Below, in pieces: positions 1 through 9,795 of a stretch of DNA of 64,000 nt. Origin of the DNA: an uncultured virus (IMG/VR IMGVR_UViG_3300046004_000626) (taxonomy: Duplodnaviria; Heunggongvirae; Uroviricota; Caudoviricetes); IMG/VR virus record IMGVR_UViG_3300046004_000626; one strand, 5' to 3'. Below the pieces are notes generated by a model. The model saw nothing but the letters and a program-made list of their open reading frames with translations, made no database searches and had not been told where the DNA came from. Position 1 is the stretch's first letter. The number at the start of each line of letters is the position of its first letter. The position numbers were made by a program, and so were the translations under genes.

Positions 1-78
1 AAAATAACAGCTTCGGCTGTTATTTTTTTGACTATACTATCTACAATTAGCATAAATAATAGAAACTAGGATATTTAA

Positions 79-660
79 ATGGCCGCTGTTAAAAAACTTA
101 ACACCTCGTACACAATTGACACCACAGATGTTATCATCACAGGCAATTTAACAGTACAAGGTTCACAAACTGCAATCGAAACAACTAACACTACGTTAAA
201 AGATAATGTTATTGTTCTCAATGATGGTGAAACAGGCGCTGGCGTTACATTAGGTACTGCTGGTATTGCTGTTGCTCGTGGCTCATTAGCCAACGTTGCG
301 TTACGCTGGAATGAGTCAATTAACAAATGGGAGTTGACCAATGATGGATCGACTTACTCAGTTATAACATCGTCAACCAGTGGTAGCACAATATTAATAG
401 ATGATTTAGCTCCTGCACTTGGTGGCAATTTAAATACTAATGGCTATACAATTTTAGCAAACGTAGGAAATGTAAAATTTGGTGGTAATATACAAATTAA
501 TAATACCGCAGTTGCACCAACAGCAGTCGCTGGCGCTACTGTAGTATATGCAGCAACTCCTGGCGCTGGTGCAAGTGGAGTATATGTTGTTAATGGTGAA
601 GCCGTTAACGAAGAACTAATTACGAAAAAGCGAGCATTTGCTTTTTCAATACTATTATAG
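79..660 (+). CDS. virion structural protein (fibre/baseplate-associated)
   Basis: 193-aa Thr/Gly/Asn-rich ORF; ITGNLTVQG...DNVIVLN...ALRWNE resembles the N-terminus of the 11822 protein; TAAATA and AGGA upstream. Confidence 0.65.
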   Translation: MAAVKKLNTSYTIDTTDVIITGNLTVQGSQTAIETTNTTLKDNVIVLNDGETGAGVTLGTAGIAVARGSLANVALRWNESINKWELTNDGSTYSVITSSTSGSTILIDDLAPALGGNLNTNGYTILANVGNVKFGGNIQINNTAVAPTAVAGATVVYAATPGAGASGVYVVNGEAVNEELITKKRAFAFSILL

Positions 661-670
661 GATTAACACA

Positions 671-982
671 ATGGCAATTTCTAACACCTTATTAACAACA
701 GTGGTATCAAACGTATATGTCAGTTCAGGCAATACTGTAGTATCAGTTATGTACTTTTGCAACACAGATGCTACTGCTAAAACATTTGATTTATATGCAG
801 TGCCTAGCGGTACAACAACAATTAACAGTGACGTACAAATTTACAAAAGTGTTCAAATACAAAGTAATGATACTTTTGTTGTTGATATGGAAAAAATTGT
901 ATTAGCCAACGGTGATACATTGCGAGCCGCAGCATCAGCAAATTCAGCAATAACAGCAACAGTTAGTTACGTAGGAATGTAA
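671..982 (+). CDS. small virion structural protein
   Basis: ATG 671 after AGGA; beta-rich 103 aa, abuts the next ORF in a structural operon. Confidence 0.6.
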   Translation: MAISNTLLTTVVSNVYVSSGNTVVSVMYFCNTDATAKTFDLYAVPSGTTTINSDVQIYKSVQIQSNDTFVVDMEKIVLANGDTLRAAASANSAITATVSYVGM

Positions 983-1399
983 ATGGGACGCTTACTTAAA
1001 AATACAGTATTTAAAACAGGTAGCTATGCATTAGGTGTGCCAGTTGGATCAAGTTCAATTGGGCCAGATGTGCCAGTTGTAGGGCAAACTCGTTATAATA
1101 CTTCAACAGGCAAATTAGAATTCTATAATAGTAGTGTATGGAACGCAGTAGCTAAAGAAGGCGATGTTACTATTACTAAAGACACCCTAGCTGGTGATAA
1201 TATAGTTTCTGATTTTACTATGTCTAAAACGTATAATTCTGGACAAGAGGCACAGGTATTGGTATTTTTAAATACTGTATATCAAAATCCTGGCATTAAC
1301 TACACATTCAATGGAACAACAAATATACATTTTACAAGTGTGCCTACTGGTGGCGCAGTTATATTAGTACTACACAATATTGCAAGCACTACAGTATAG
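983..1399 (+). CDS. virion structural protein
   Basis: GQTRYNTSTGKLEFYNSSVW and VFLNTVYQNP motifs recur in the 1438 and 11822 proteins. Confidence 0.6.
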   Translation: MGRLLKNTVFKTGSYALGVPVGSSSIGPDVPVVGQTRYNTSTGKLEFYNSSVWNAVAKEGDVTITKDTLAGDNIVSDFTMSKTYNSGQEAQVLVFLNTVYQNPGINYTFNGTTNIHFTSVPTGGAVILVLHNIASTTV

Positions 1400-1437
1400 C
1401 CTGTTCCTTAGCTAAATATTAAAATAGGAGTTAGTTA

Positions 1438-4400
1438 ATGGCAATAGGTCGTGTACCCGGGGCAGCACTGTTAGGAAATCTAGATAGACAAGGTCTTGAT
1501 CTAGGCTTCACTACCAACAGTGACACATTATTACAGTTAGATTTTACTAACTTTCGTCTTGGTATCAACACGGCATCTCCCCAAGAATCATTAGAAGTTA
1601 CTGGGAACATTCTTGTAACAACCGGCAATATATTAACCTCAGCTAATTTAACATACGATATTGGTGCGACTAATAAATATTGGCGCAATATCTATAGCGG
1701 AAACCTTTATACTAGCAATATTACCAGTACAAATATCACTGGTACGTTAACCACAGCTATACAAACTAATATAACCACAGTAGGTACGTTAGGCAACCTA
1801 TCAGTCACTGGTAATATTGATGCAGGCAATATAATAAGTAATATCACCGGCAATGTAATTGGATCGGCAACTACGGTAACTGCATCAGCACAGCCAAATA
1901 TAACATCACTGGGTATATTAACTGCTCTCGATGTAACAGGTAATGTTGGTGCAGGCAATGTTAGTGGTACATATTTAACTGGTACATTACTAACTCAAGC
2001 ACAACCATACATAACATCAACAGGTATATTAACTGCTCTCGATGTAACAGGTAATGTTGGTGCAGGCAATGTCAGTGGTACATACTTAACAGGTACATTG
2101 CTAACAAGTGCTCAACCAAACATCACAACATTATCCGGTGTTACTAGCATCGGTGCAAGTGGAAGTACAGTATTAACCGGCACACTAGCGACTAATGCAC
2201 AACCTAATGTTACATCTTTAGGTACATTAATATCACTAGACGTAACAGGTAATGTTGGCGCAGGCAATGTTAGTGGTACATATCTAACTGGCACACTATT
2301 GACGGCCAGCCAAACTAATGTTACATCATTGGGCACATTATCAGCATTAACAGTCAGTGGAAATATCATTGCGCAAAGCTCTATTGTACCAACAAGTAAC
2401 ATTGCTGGTAATATTGGTTATGCCGATACATGGTGGAGTGCAGTATACGCTAATACAATTAATGCAACTAATTTAAATGGCACGATACTTACAACTAATC
2501 AACCTTATATTTCTAATTTAGGAAATATTACAGTTGATAGCATTTCCATTGGTGGAAATATTAGTATTACTGGTAATGTTAACGGAACAGACATTACTGC
2601 TAACACCATAACAGCCAACACAATCACTGGCACATTACTTACAGGCAATCAGCCTAACATAACAAATTTAAGCAACATCTCAGTTGATAGCATTTCTATT
2701 AGTGGAAATTTAGGTATCACAGGAACTACAACAGCCGGTATTATCAATGCTGATGAGATCTATGAAAGTAATATTCGTGTTGTAACTCAAGAAACTACAA
2801 TTACAGTTACTGGTGATGCTACTGGCAGTGGTAATGTTTCAAATATTGCATTAACTTTAGCAGACACTGGTGTTACTGCAGGCACATATGGTGCTGCAGA
2901 TGATGAAACATGGGATAGAATTCCTAAAATTACTGTAGACAGCAAAGGCCGCATTACAAATATTGCTAACATTACTCTTACTCAAGTCGGTAATGTAACC
3001 TTTACTGATACAACTATATCAACAGTGGCTAACTTAACAATAGCACCAACTAATGGTTATATTTTTGCTAATAGTAGTGTTATATCTGACGTTGCTGATC
3101 CAGTTAGCGCACAGGATGTAGTTACATTAAACTATCTAACAACAACATTAAGTGGTGCTGCAAATAGCCTAGTCATTGGTGATAGTCTAGTAAATCTAAT
3201 AGATGAAACTAATAATAGTAGATTAGAAATTACCCTTGATTCAGAATTAATTGCAAATATAACAGCTAATGCATCAACATTTTACAATACTGTTAATATT
3301 GGTAACATATCAATAGTTGATAACACAATTTCATCAAGTGGAAATATATACATCGATGCACAGAATACAGGCATTGTACAAATTGTTGGATCCGATGCAC
3401 TGGGCATTCCTGTTGGAAATGTAATTACTCGTCCTCTAAATCCTGAGATAGGGTACATACGTTTTAACACTGACAATGATGCTGTGGAATACTGGACTGG
3501 CGCAGAATGGACATACCCGGGCGCAGCTACAATTACATCAGAAACTGTCTACCCTGATGGACTAACTGCAAGCTATAATTTAACAACCTCGGCTACTCCA
3601 GACGGGTTGCTAGTTAGTATCAACGGTACAATGCAACAACCATTTACATCATATAATATGTCTGGTAATGTAATAACATTCACAGAAACTCCGCAAGATA
3701 CTGATATTATTGAAATTCGACATATTGTTGCTGGCGCAGTTTCTATAGGATCACTGACCTACGGACCTACGTCTAAAGTAGAATTATCTACTGGTAATGT
3801 CAATATTACCGGTAATTTAATACCAACAGCAAATGTCACATATGATCTGGGTTCTGATTCAATGTGGTGGCGCGACCTGTACATGAGTGGCAGTACTATT
3901 CATATTGGTGGTGCACTGCTTAAAGTAGTCGACAATGCATTGAGTTTTACTCCTGCGGGTAGCCCTACTCCGATTAATCTAACATCAGATGTTGATCCGA
4001 CTATACTTATTGCAAATACCACGCAGGTCAAAGCAACTGATGACTTTGTAAATGTTTCTATTGCCGGCGGCAATGTAGGTAAATTTGGCAGTGATGGGTT
4101 AACGATCACAGGAAATGTTAGTGCAGACTACATCATAGGTGATGGCAGTCAACTAACCGGCTTGCCAGCAGGGTATACTGACACAAATGTAGCGGCATAC
4201 TTACCATCTTATACAGGAAACATAAGTTCATTAACCACAGCCAACACAGCAATGAAAGGCTATGTTGATGAGCAGATTACCACTGTTACTAATTCAGTCA
4301 CCGGTGCTAATGCTGCAATAGTTACAGCCAACACAGCAATGAAAGATTATGTTGATGCAGCCAATACTATACAATCAAATGAAATTACAGCCATTAGTAA

Positions 4401-6366
4401 TAGTGTAACCGGTGCTAATACTGCAATTGTAACTGCTAACACAGCTATGAAAGGGTATGTTGATGCAATAAATTCAACTCTAACGGCCAATGCTGGAGCA
4501 CAAGCAGGCACATTAGCAACTATACAAAACAACTATGCACAATTATCGGGTGCAACATTTACTGGCGCCTTGGCCGCACCAAATATATCGTTAACATCTG
4601 CACTGGCTATATCATCTGGTGGTACAGGTGGAACAAGTACTAGTTCTGCATTAAACAATCTATTACCCAGTGGTGAAGTCAGTGGCTACGTATTAAAAAC
4701 TGCAGGTGAAGGCAGTTACTATTGGAGTGCAGAAACAGGTGGAGGCAGCGTAGTTGGTACAACTATCAGCACCAGTAGAACTTATTTTACTGCTACTTCA
4801 GGACAAACTGTATACACTGGAATCACATACACTCCGGGTGCAGGACAGTTACGCATATACATCAATGGTGTTAGACAGTTTGACAGTGCCTATACTGAAA
4901 CAAATAGTTCAGCAGTTACACTATCTACAGGAGTTACTAGCGGAACTGTAGTATTAGCAGAAGTTGACGCATATACAGATTATAATGTCTATGCTAATGC
5001 AACCTACAGTAGTCCGGTTGGAACAATTAGTTCAACTACAGTTCAAGATGCCCTGGCAGAATTAGACACAGAAAAAGCTGCACTGGCAGGAGCAGCATTC
5101 ACAGGCAACGTATCGACCAGTGGTAATCTGCGTGTTACTGATACAACACAAAGTACCGGAGAAGGAACCGGCGCACTAGTAGTCAGTGGTGGTGCAAGTT
5201 TTAGTGGAAATGTTTACATCAGCGGTAACTTACAAGTTGCTGGAACTGAAACAATATTTAATGCCAACAATCTAAGTATTGCTGACTCGCTGATATATCT
5301 AGCCGATGACAACTCCGGTGATGTATTAGATATCGGTATCGTAAGTTCGTTTACTAATCCTGGATATCAACACACTGGCTTTGTGCGTGATGCCACAGAC
5401 GGCGTTTGGAAACTATTTGCTAATGTAGCAGCAGAACCTACTACAACAATTGACTTTACTAACGCTACTTATAGTAACTTACGAATTGGCAACCTAACAT
5501 CAATTGGCGGAACATTTACAGGTAATGTCGGTGCAGATAACCTAAGTGCTACTAACTTAACCGGAACATTAACAACTGCGGCCCAGACCAATGTTACTAG
5601 TGTTGGTACATTAACTGGTTTAACAGTAAGTGGTGCTCCGGTACCTAATGCTAACGTAAGCGTAAACTTAGGTAGCACATCAGCTTGGTGGAGCATACTC
5701 TATGCAAATACACATGTCGGCTCTACTGCTACCTTCTACGGAAATATTACAGCCGGCAACGTAAGTGCTACAAATTTAGTTGGTGCAATTACTTCTAGTC
5801 AAGTTACTACTGCACTAGGATTTACTCCTTATAACAGCACAAACCCAAGTGGCTACTTAACTGGTATAACGTCAGGTCAAGTTACTACTGCACTTGGTTA
5901 CACTCCGTACAACAGTACCAATCCAAATGGTTATATCAGCGCAGTGCCAAACTCAAGCACTCAAGTTTCAAGTCTTGGTGTAGGTACAGCCGCAAGTGGA
6001 ACTAGTGGTGAAATACGTGCCACTAACAACATCACAGCTTACTACAGTTCGGACTCACGCTTAAAAGAAAATGTGCGTGACATACCCGACGCACTAGCTA
6101 AAGTTACAGCTATTGGTGGTAAACTATTCGATTGGACTGATGAATACATTGCCGATCACGGTGGCTTAGATGACTACTTTATGCGTAAAGCTGACTTTGG
6201 TGTTATAGCACAAGACGTTGAGCAGGTGTTACCCGAAGCAGTGCGCACTAGAGAAGATGGCTACTTGGCTGTTGACTATGAAAAGATGTGTGCCCTAGCG
6301 TTTGCGGCTATTAAAGAACTACAACAACAGGTCCACTTGCTAGAGCAACAAATAAAGGACAAGTAA
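1438..6366 (+). CDS. long tail fibre with C-terminal intramolecular chaperone (Peptidase S74-like), gp37-like
   Basis: 1642 aa of QPNITSLG repeats; C-terminal SDSRLKENV...GVIAQDVEQVLPEAV...VDYEK plus coiled coil is the S74 chaperone signature. Confidence 0.85.
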   Translation: MAIGRVPGAALLGNLDRQGLDLGFTTNSDTLLQLDFTNFRLGINTASPQESLEVTGNILVTTGNILTSANLTYDIGATNKYWRNIYSGNLYTSNITSTNITGTLTTAIQTNITTVGTLGNLSVTGNIDAGNIISNITGNVIGSATTVTASAQPNITSLGILTALDVTGNVGAGNVSGTYLTGTLLTQAQPYITSTGILTALDVTGNVGAGNVSGTYLTGTLLTSAQPNITTLSGVTSIGASGSTVLTGTLATNAQPNVTSLGTLISLDVTGNVGAGNVSGTYLTGTLLTASQTNVTSLGTLSALTVSGNIIAQSSIVPTSNIAGNIGYADTWWSAVYANTINATNLNGTILTTNQPYISNLGNITVDSISIGGNISITGNVNGTDITANTITANTITGTLLTGNQPNITNLSNISVDSISISGNLGITGTTTAGIINADEIYESNIRVVTQETTITVTGDATGSGNVSNIALTLADTGVTAGTYGAADDETWDRIPKITVDSKGRITNIANITLTQVGNVTFTDTTISTVANLTIAPTNGYIFANSSVISDVADPVSAQDVVTLNYLTTTLSGAANSLVIGDSLVNLIDETNNSRLEITLDSELIANITANASTFYNTVNIGNISIVDNTISSSGNIYIDAQNTGIVQIVGSDALGIPVGNVITRPLNPEIGYIRFNTDNDAVEYWTGAEWTYPGAATITSETVYPDGLTASYNLTTSATPDGLLVSINGTMQQPFTSYNMSGNVITFTETPQDTDIIEIRHIVAGAVSIGSLTYGPTSKVELSTGNVNITGNLIPTANVTYDLGSDSMWWRDLYMSGSTIHIGGALLKVVDNALSFTPAGSPTPINLTSDVDPTILIANTTQVKATDDFVNVSIAGGNVGKFGSDGLTITGNVSADYIIGDGSQLTGLPAGYTDTNVAAYLPSYTGNISSLTTANTAMKGYVDEQITTVTNSVTGANAAIVTANTAMKDYVDAANTIQSNEITAISNSVTGANTAIVTANTAMKGYVDAINSTLTANAGAQAGTLATIQNNYAQLSGATFTGALAAPNISLTSALAISSGGTGGTSTSSALNNLLPSGEVSGYVLKTAGEGSYYWSAETGGGSVVGTTISTSRTYFTATSGQTVYTGITYTPGAGQLRIYINGVRQFDSAYTETNSSAVTLSTGVTSGTVVLAEVDAYTDYNVYANATYSSPVGTISSTTVQDALAELDTEKAALAGAAFTGNVSTSGNLRVTDTTQSTGEGTGALVVSGGASFSGNVYISGNLQVAGTETIFNANNLSIADSLIYLADDNSGDVLDIGIVSSFTNPGYQHTGFVRDATDGVWKLFANVAAEPTTTIDFTNATYSNLRIGNLTSIGGTFTGNVGADNLSATNLTGTLTTAAQTNVTSVGTLTGLTVSGAPVPNANVSVNLGSTSAWWSILYANTHVGSTATFYGNITAGNVSATNLVGAITSSQVTTALGFTPYNSTNPSGYLTGITSGQVTTALGYTPYNSTNPNGYISAVPNSSTQVSSLGVGTAASGTSGEIRATNNITAYYSSDSRLKENVRDIPDALAKVTAIGGKLFDWTDEYIADHGGLDDYFMRKADFGVIAQDVEQVLPEAVRTREDGYLAVDYEKMCALAFAAIKELQQQVHLLEQQIKDK

Positions 6367-6367
6367 C

Positions 6368-7324
6368 ATGCCTTTACCATCCAGTGGTGCGATATCCTTT
6401 AACAACATCAACGTAGAACTTGGCTTAACCGCCACCGCACAGATATCATTAAATGATAGTGCGGTACGAACACTATTTGGAGTAAGCAGTGGTGCTATAG
6501 CAATGAATGTTGGCTATGGTAAGTCAAATGCGTTCTTGGCAACCATTTCATCAAATCAAACCAATTTGAATTTAAGAACTTGGGCTTTAGCGAATGGATG
6601 GGATGGTTCTACTGCCGCAACAATCACTATCGGTTCGGGAGTTTGGATTTATTCCACTTCTACGGGAACTCCTGCATTAACCACCGGAAGTTTTCCTGGC
6701 GGCTTAACTATCATTAACAATGGATTTATTGCTGGAATGGGTGGTGCTGGTGGCACGTCAACAGCACCATATACAGGTTTAGCCGGTGGAAATGCCATAA
6801 GCCTTGGTTCAATCGTGACAATAAATAATACGAATGCTTCTGCTTATATTGGCGGCGGCGGTGGTGGCGGGGGCTTTTTCCAAGGTGGTGGCGGTGCTGG
6901 CGGCGGTAACGCTGGCCAGCAAAGTGGTGGCGGAGTAGGTGGCGGCGTCGGCTCTGCCGGTACAAATGGAACAGGTGGCGCCTCAGGCGGTAAAGGTGGC
7001 GGCGCCGGCGGTGGCGGTGGTGGGCAAGCTGGTTCAGGCAAATCTACCACAGGGTATCCCGGCGGTGGCGGTGGCCGTATATTTGCCGGCTCAGGTGGTG
7101 CTGGTGGCACTGCTGGTGGTGGTGCTGGCGGTAGCGCAAATGCCGGTGGGGGCATAAGCAGCGCAGCCGTTAGCGGCGGCGGTGGTGGCGGCTGGGGGGC
7201 GGCAGGGGGTGCAGCGGCGAGTGGATATGCTGGTGGAGCAGGTGGCAAAGCAGTCGCGCTTAATGGATACACTGTTACTTGGACAAGCGGTAATACAACT
7301 CGTGTTTATGGGGCTGTATCATGA
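6368..7324 (+). CDS. gp38-like polyglycine receptor-binding adhesin
   Basis: Directly after the S74-bearing fibre; IINNGFIAGMGGAGG, many Gly runs and a ...RVYGAVS end match the T2/T6/S16 gp38 architecture. Confidence 0.75.
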   Translation: MPLPSSGAISFNNINVELGLTATAQISLNDSAVRTLFGVSSGAIAMNVGYGKSNAFLATISSNQTNLNLRTWALANGWDGSTAATITIGSGVWIYSTSTGTPALTTGSFPGGLTIINNGFIAGMGGAGGTSTAPYTGLAGGNAISLGSIVTINNTNASAYIGGGGGGGGFFQGGGGAGGGNAGQQSGGGVGGGVGSAGTNGTGGASGGKGGGAGGGGGGQAGSGKSTTGYPGGGGGRIFAGSGGAGGTAGGGAGGSANAGGGISSAAVSGGGGGGWGAAGGAAASGYAGGAGGKAVALNGYTVTWTSGNTTRVYGAVS

Positions 7325-7929
7325 GAACTGTAAATTTAGATCTAATTAAATTAGCTGATGTTGAAATTTGCCAAGAAGGTTTGGATTTTTTTAATGGTAA
7401 AAATTCATTAAATGAGCCGTTGACTGGGAAAACAGATAATGAGGTTTTCAATATAGCTTTAGAAACAGAGGACCAAGAAGCGTTGAAATGGTGGGAAAGT
7501 TTATTTAATTCAACCAATGCTTGGGATTATTGGAATGAAAGTTATGCTGTAAGTCATTATTTTATTTACAACCAAGTATTGGAAATTGAACAAAAATTTA
7601 ATACTTTAAATGAAGCAAAAAAAAATCAAAAAATCATTTATGAATCTATATTTGAAAAATACAAAAAAATGACTTCAGTCGCTTTGGTAAAATATCATGA
7701 AAATAATGATGTTGAATGGTGCGGTGTTGATTCAATAGAAACGTATGAAAATGATGGAATTTTTCAAGTGTTTAATTTATGGACTGGCACCCATATTCAA
7801 GCCAATTCAAAAATTGAAGCAATTGAAATTATCAATAACATAGTTAATGAAAATATATTTAAGCCATCAATTTTTGCTTGTTTTATAAATAAAAATCAAA
7901 TTTCATCAAATGTAAAATTGATACAATGA
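7321..7929 (+). CDS. hypothetical protein (very AT-rich)
   Basis: 202-aa ORF, ATGA overlap with the adhesin gene. Confidence 0.6.
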   Translation: MRTVNLDLIKLADVEICQEGLDFFNGKNSLNEPLTGKTDNEVFNIALETEDQEALKWWESLFNSTNAWDYWNESYAVSHYFIYNQVLEIEQKFNTLNEAKKNQKIIYESIFEKYKKMTSVALVKYHENNDVEWCGVDSIETYENDGIFQVFNLWTGTHIQANSKIEAIEIINNIVNENIFKPSIFACFINKNQISSNVKLIQ

Positions 7930-8783
7930 ATTTCATTTCACAATTTTTTTTAACCAATAAAAACAACCCATGTTTTATTGATAAAAATGGGGCACATTCA
8001 AGTGATGAAATTTTTTTATCAATTAAAAAATTTGCTAATTATTTAAAATTTTTAAATATCCAAAAGGGCAATTTTATTATTATAAAACTGCCTGATACGG
8101 CTTTTTTACCAATTGCTATATTTGGTTCAATGTGGATTGGTGCCATCCCAGTTTTAGTAGGTTCGGGGAAATGTGGCGTTGAGCATAATTTTAATACTTT
8201 AAATCAAGCCAAAAAAAAATTTGAAAATTCTTTAATCATTGCAAATGAAATAGATTATTCAAATTTCAAGCCAATTGAAACTCAATTAGATTTTGAGCAA
8301 GATTTAGAATGTATTGTTTTTCATACATCAGGCAGAACAGGCGCCCCAAAATTCATTTCGCATACGCCAAAAACATTGTTAAATGTGGGCGAATATATGG
8401 GGGATTTGCTTTTGGATACAAATGATAGAAGTTTATTTTGTGCGGAAAAAATAACACACGCATACGGTTTTGCATTATCAATTTGTGTTGCATTAAAAAA
8501 TGATATAACCGCAATTTTATTGGATGCTAGTCCATCAAAATTAAATTTATGCCATTATATAAACACATATAAGCCAAGTATTTTTGCTGGAACTCCGCGT
8601 CATTTTGAATTTATTAAAGATGAGGAATTCACAGGCGTAAGGTTGGCAGTCAATGCTGGCTTTGCACCGATTAATCAATTAAAAGGTGCGGCCTTTCTTA
8701 ATGGGGAAGGCTCCACAGAAACATTGGGGTTTTATAAAGCAAATGGAATACCATTGAAATATGATAATATAATTGCTACATAA
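7926..8783 (+). CDS. adenylate-forming (AMP-binding) enzyme fragment, C-terminally truncated
   Basis: FHTSGRTGAPK P-loop, HAYGF and GEGSTET motifs; only 285 aa, ends shortly after the GxTE motif. Confidence 0.7.
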   Translation: MNFISQFFLTNKNNPCFIDKNGAHSSDEIFLSIKKFANYLKFLNIQKGNFIIIKLPDTAFLPIAIFGSMWIGAIPVLVGSGKCGVEHNFNTLNQAKKKFENSLIIANEIDYSNFKPIETQLDFEQDLECIVFHTSGRTGAPKFISHTPKTLLNVGEYMGDLLLDTNDRSLFCAEKITHAYGFALSICVALKNDITAILLDASPSKLNLCHYINTYKPSIFAGTPRHFEFIKDEEFTGVRLAVNAGFAPINQLKGAAFLNGEGSTETLGFYKANGIPLKYDNIIAT

Positions 8784-8802
8784 TAAGATAAGACATTGCC
8801 CG

Positions 8803-8946
8803 CGTTCCGAAAGAGTAGAACAAAATAAAGTTAGACTTGTATTAGAGGCATTAAAAGCACAAATCATTGCTGGTGGATTAGATTACACAACCGCAATTGC
8901 TGAAAAGAAGATTGTAGAAGACGCTAAAGTAGCTGCAAATAGTTAG
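8803..8946 (+). pseudogene. 3' remnant of a paralogue of the 11004-11399 gene
   Basis: Translates RSERVEQNKVRLVLEALKAQIIAGGLDYTTAIAEKKIVEDAKVAANS*, matching the C-terminus of the 131-aa ORF; no evident ATG start or RBS. Confidence 0.85.
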
Positions 8947-9016
8947 GTAAAAGACTGTCTTTAAGTGTTCCTATATTATAGTTGATATTAAACGGGTGTA
9001 ATGTAAAACTTTTAGT

Positions 9017-9088
9017 TAAATACAATATAACAGAGAATAACTATGGCATTAACACAGGTAACACCGGACGTACTACATAATATACAAA
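9017..9088 (+). repeat. 72-bp direct repeat copy 1 (late promoter + RBS + first 15 codons)
   Basis: 70/72 identical to 11535-11606. Confidence 0.95.
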
Positions 9089-9795
9089 GTAATGTTACCC
9101 AAGTAGGTACTCTAAGTAACCTATCGGTCACTGGTAATATCACATCAGGTAATGTAACTGCAACTAATTTTACAGGAACTGCTAGTCTAGCAAATAATGC
9201 CAGCTTCCTTGGCGGAACAGCAGCCGCCAGTTATGCGCTAGGATCAGCAGTTACAACCGTTAGTAATTCAGTTGCTGGAGCGAATGCAGCAATAGTTACA
9301 GCCAACACCAACATGAAAGGTTATGTTGATGCAGCCAATACTATACAATCAAATGAAATCACTACAGTAAGTAGTTCAATTACGGGTGCTAATGCTGCAA
9401 TAGTTACGGCCAATACCAACATGAAAGGTTATGTTGATGGACAAATATCAACTACTAGTTCATCGATAACCACAGCCAACACCAACATGAAAGGTTATGT
9501 TGACGCAGTTACTACTGCATGGACAGCCAATGCTGGAGTACAAGCTGGTAGTATTGCTACTCTAACTAGCAATGCTGCAACACAGTCTGGACAAATTGCA
9601 AGTAAGGCTGATTTAAGTGGAGCCACATTCACTGGCAATGTTACAACCAGTGCCAACGTTAAATTCACGGGTTGGCAGATTTACGAAACTGGTACTAGTT
9701 TATATTTTGCCTACAATGGCGCAGTTAAAATGAGCCTGAACACCTCAGGTACCGTAACTGTCACTGGCGACATAGCAGGCTTTGGAACCCCGTAA
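9043..9795 (+). CDS. short tail fibre-like protein
   Basis: 250 aa; TANTNMKGYVD coiled-coil repeats shared with the 1438 fibre; late promoter upstream. Confidence 0.7.
   Translation: MALTQVTPDVLHNIQSNVTQVGTLSNLSVTGNITSGNVTATNFTGTASLANNASFLGGTAAASYALGSAVTTVSNSVAGANAAIVTANTNMKGYVDAANTIQSNEITTVSSSITGANAAIVTANTNMKGYVDGQISTTSSSITTANTNMKGYVDAVTTAWTANAGVQAGSIATLTSNAATQSGQIASKADLSGATFTGNVTTSANVKFTGWQIYETGTSLYFAYNGAVKMSLNTSGTVTVTGDIAGFGTP

Noticed and set aside
6844..7272. Proline-rich minus-strand ORF
   Set aside because: Mirror of the GGN glycine codons of the adhesin
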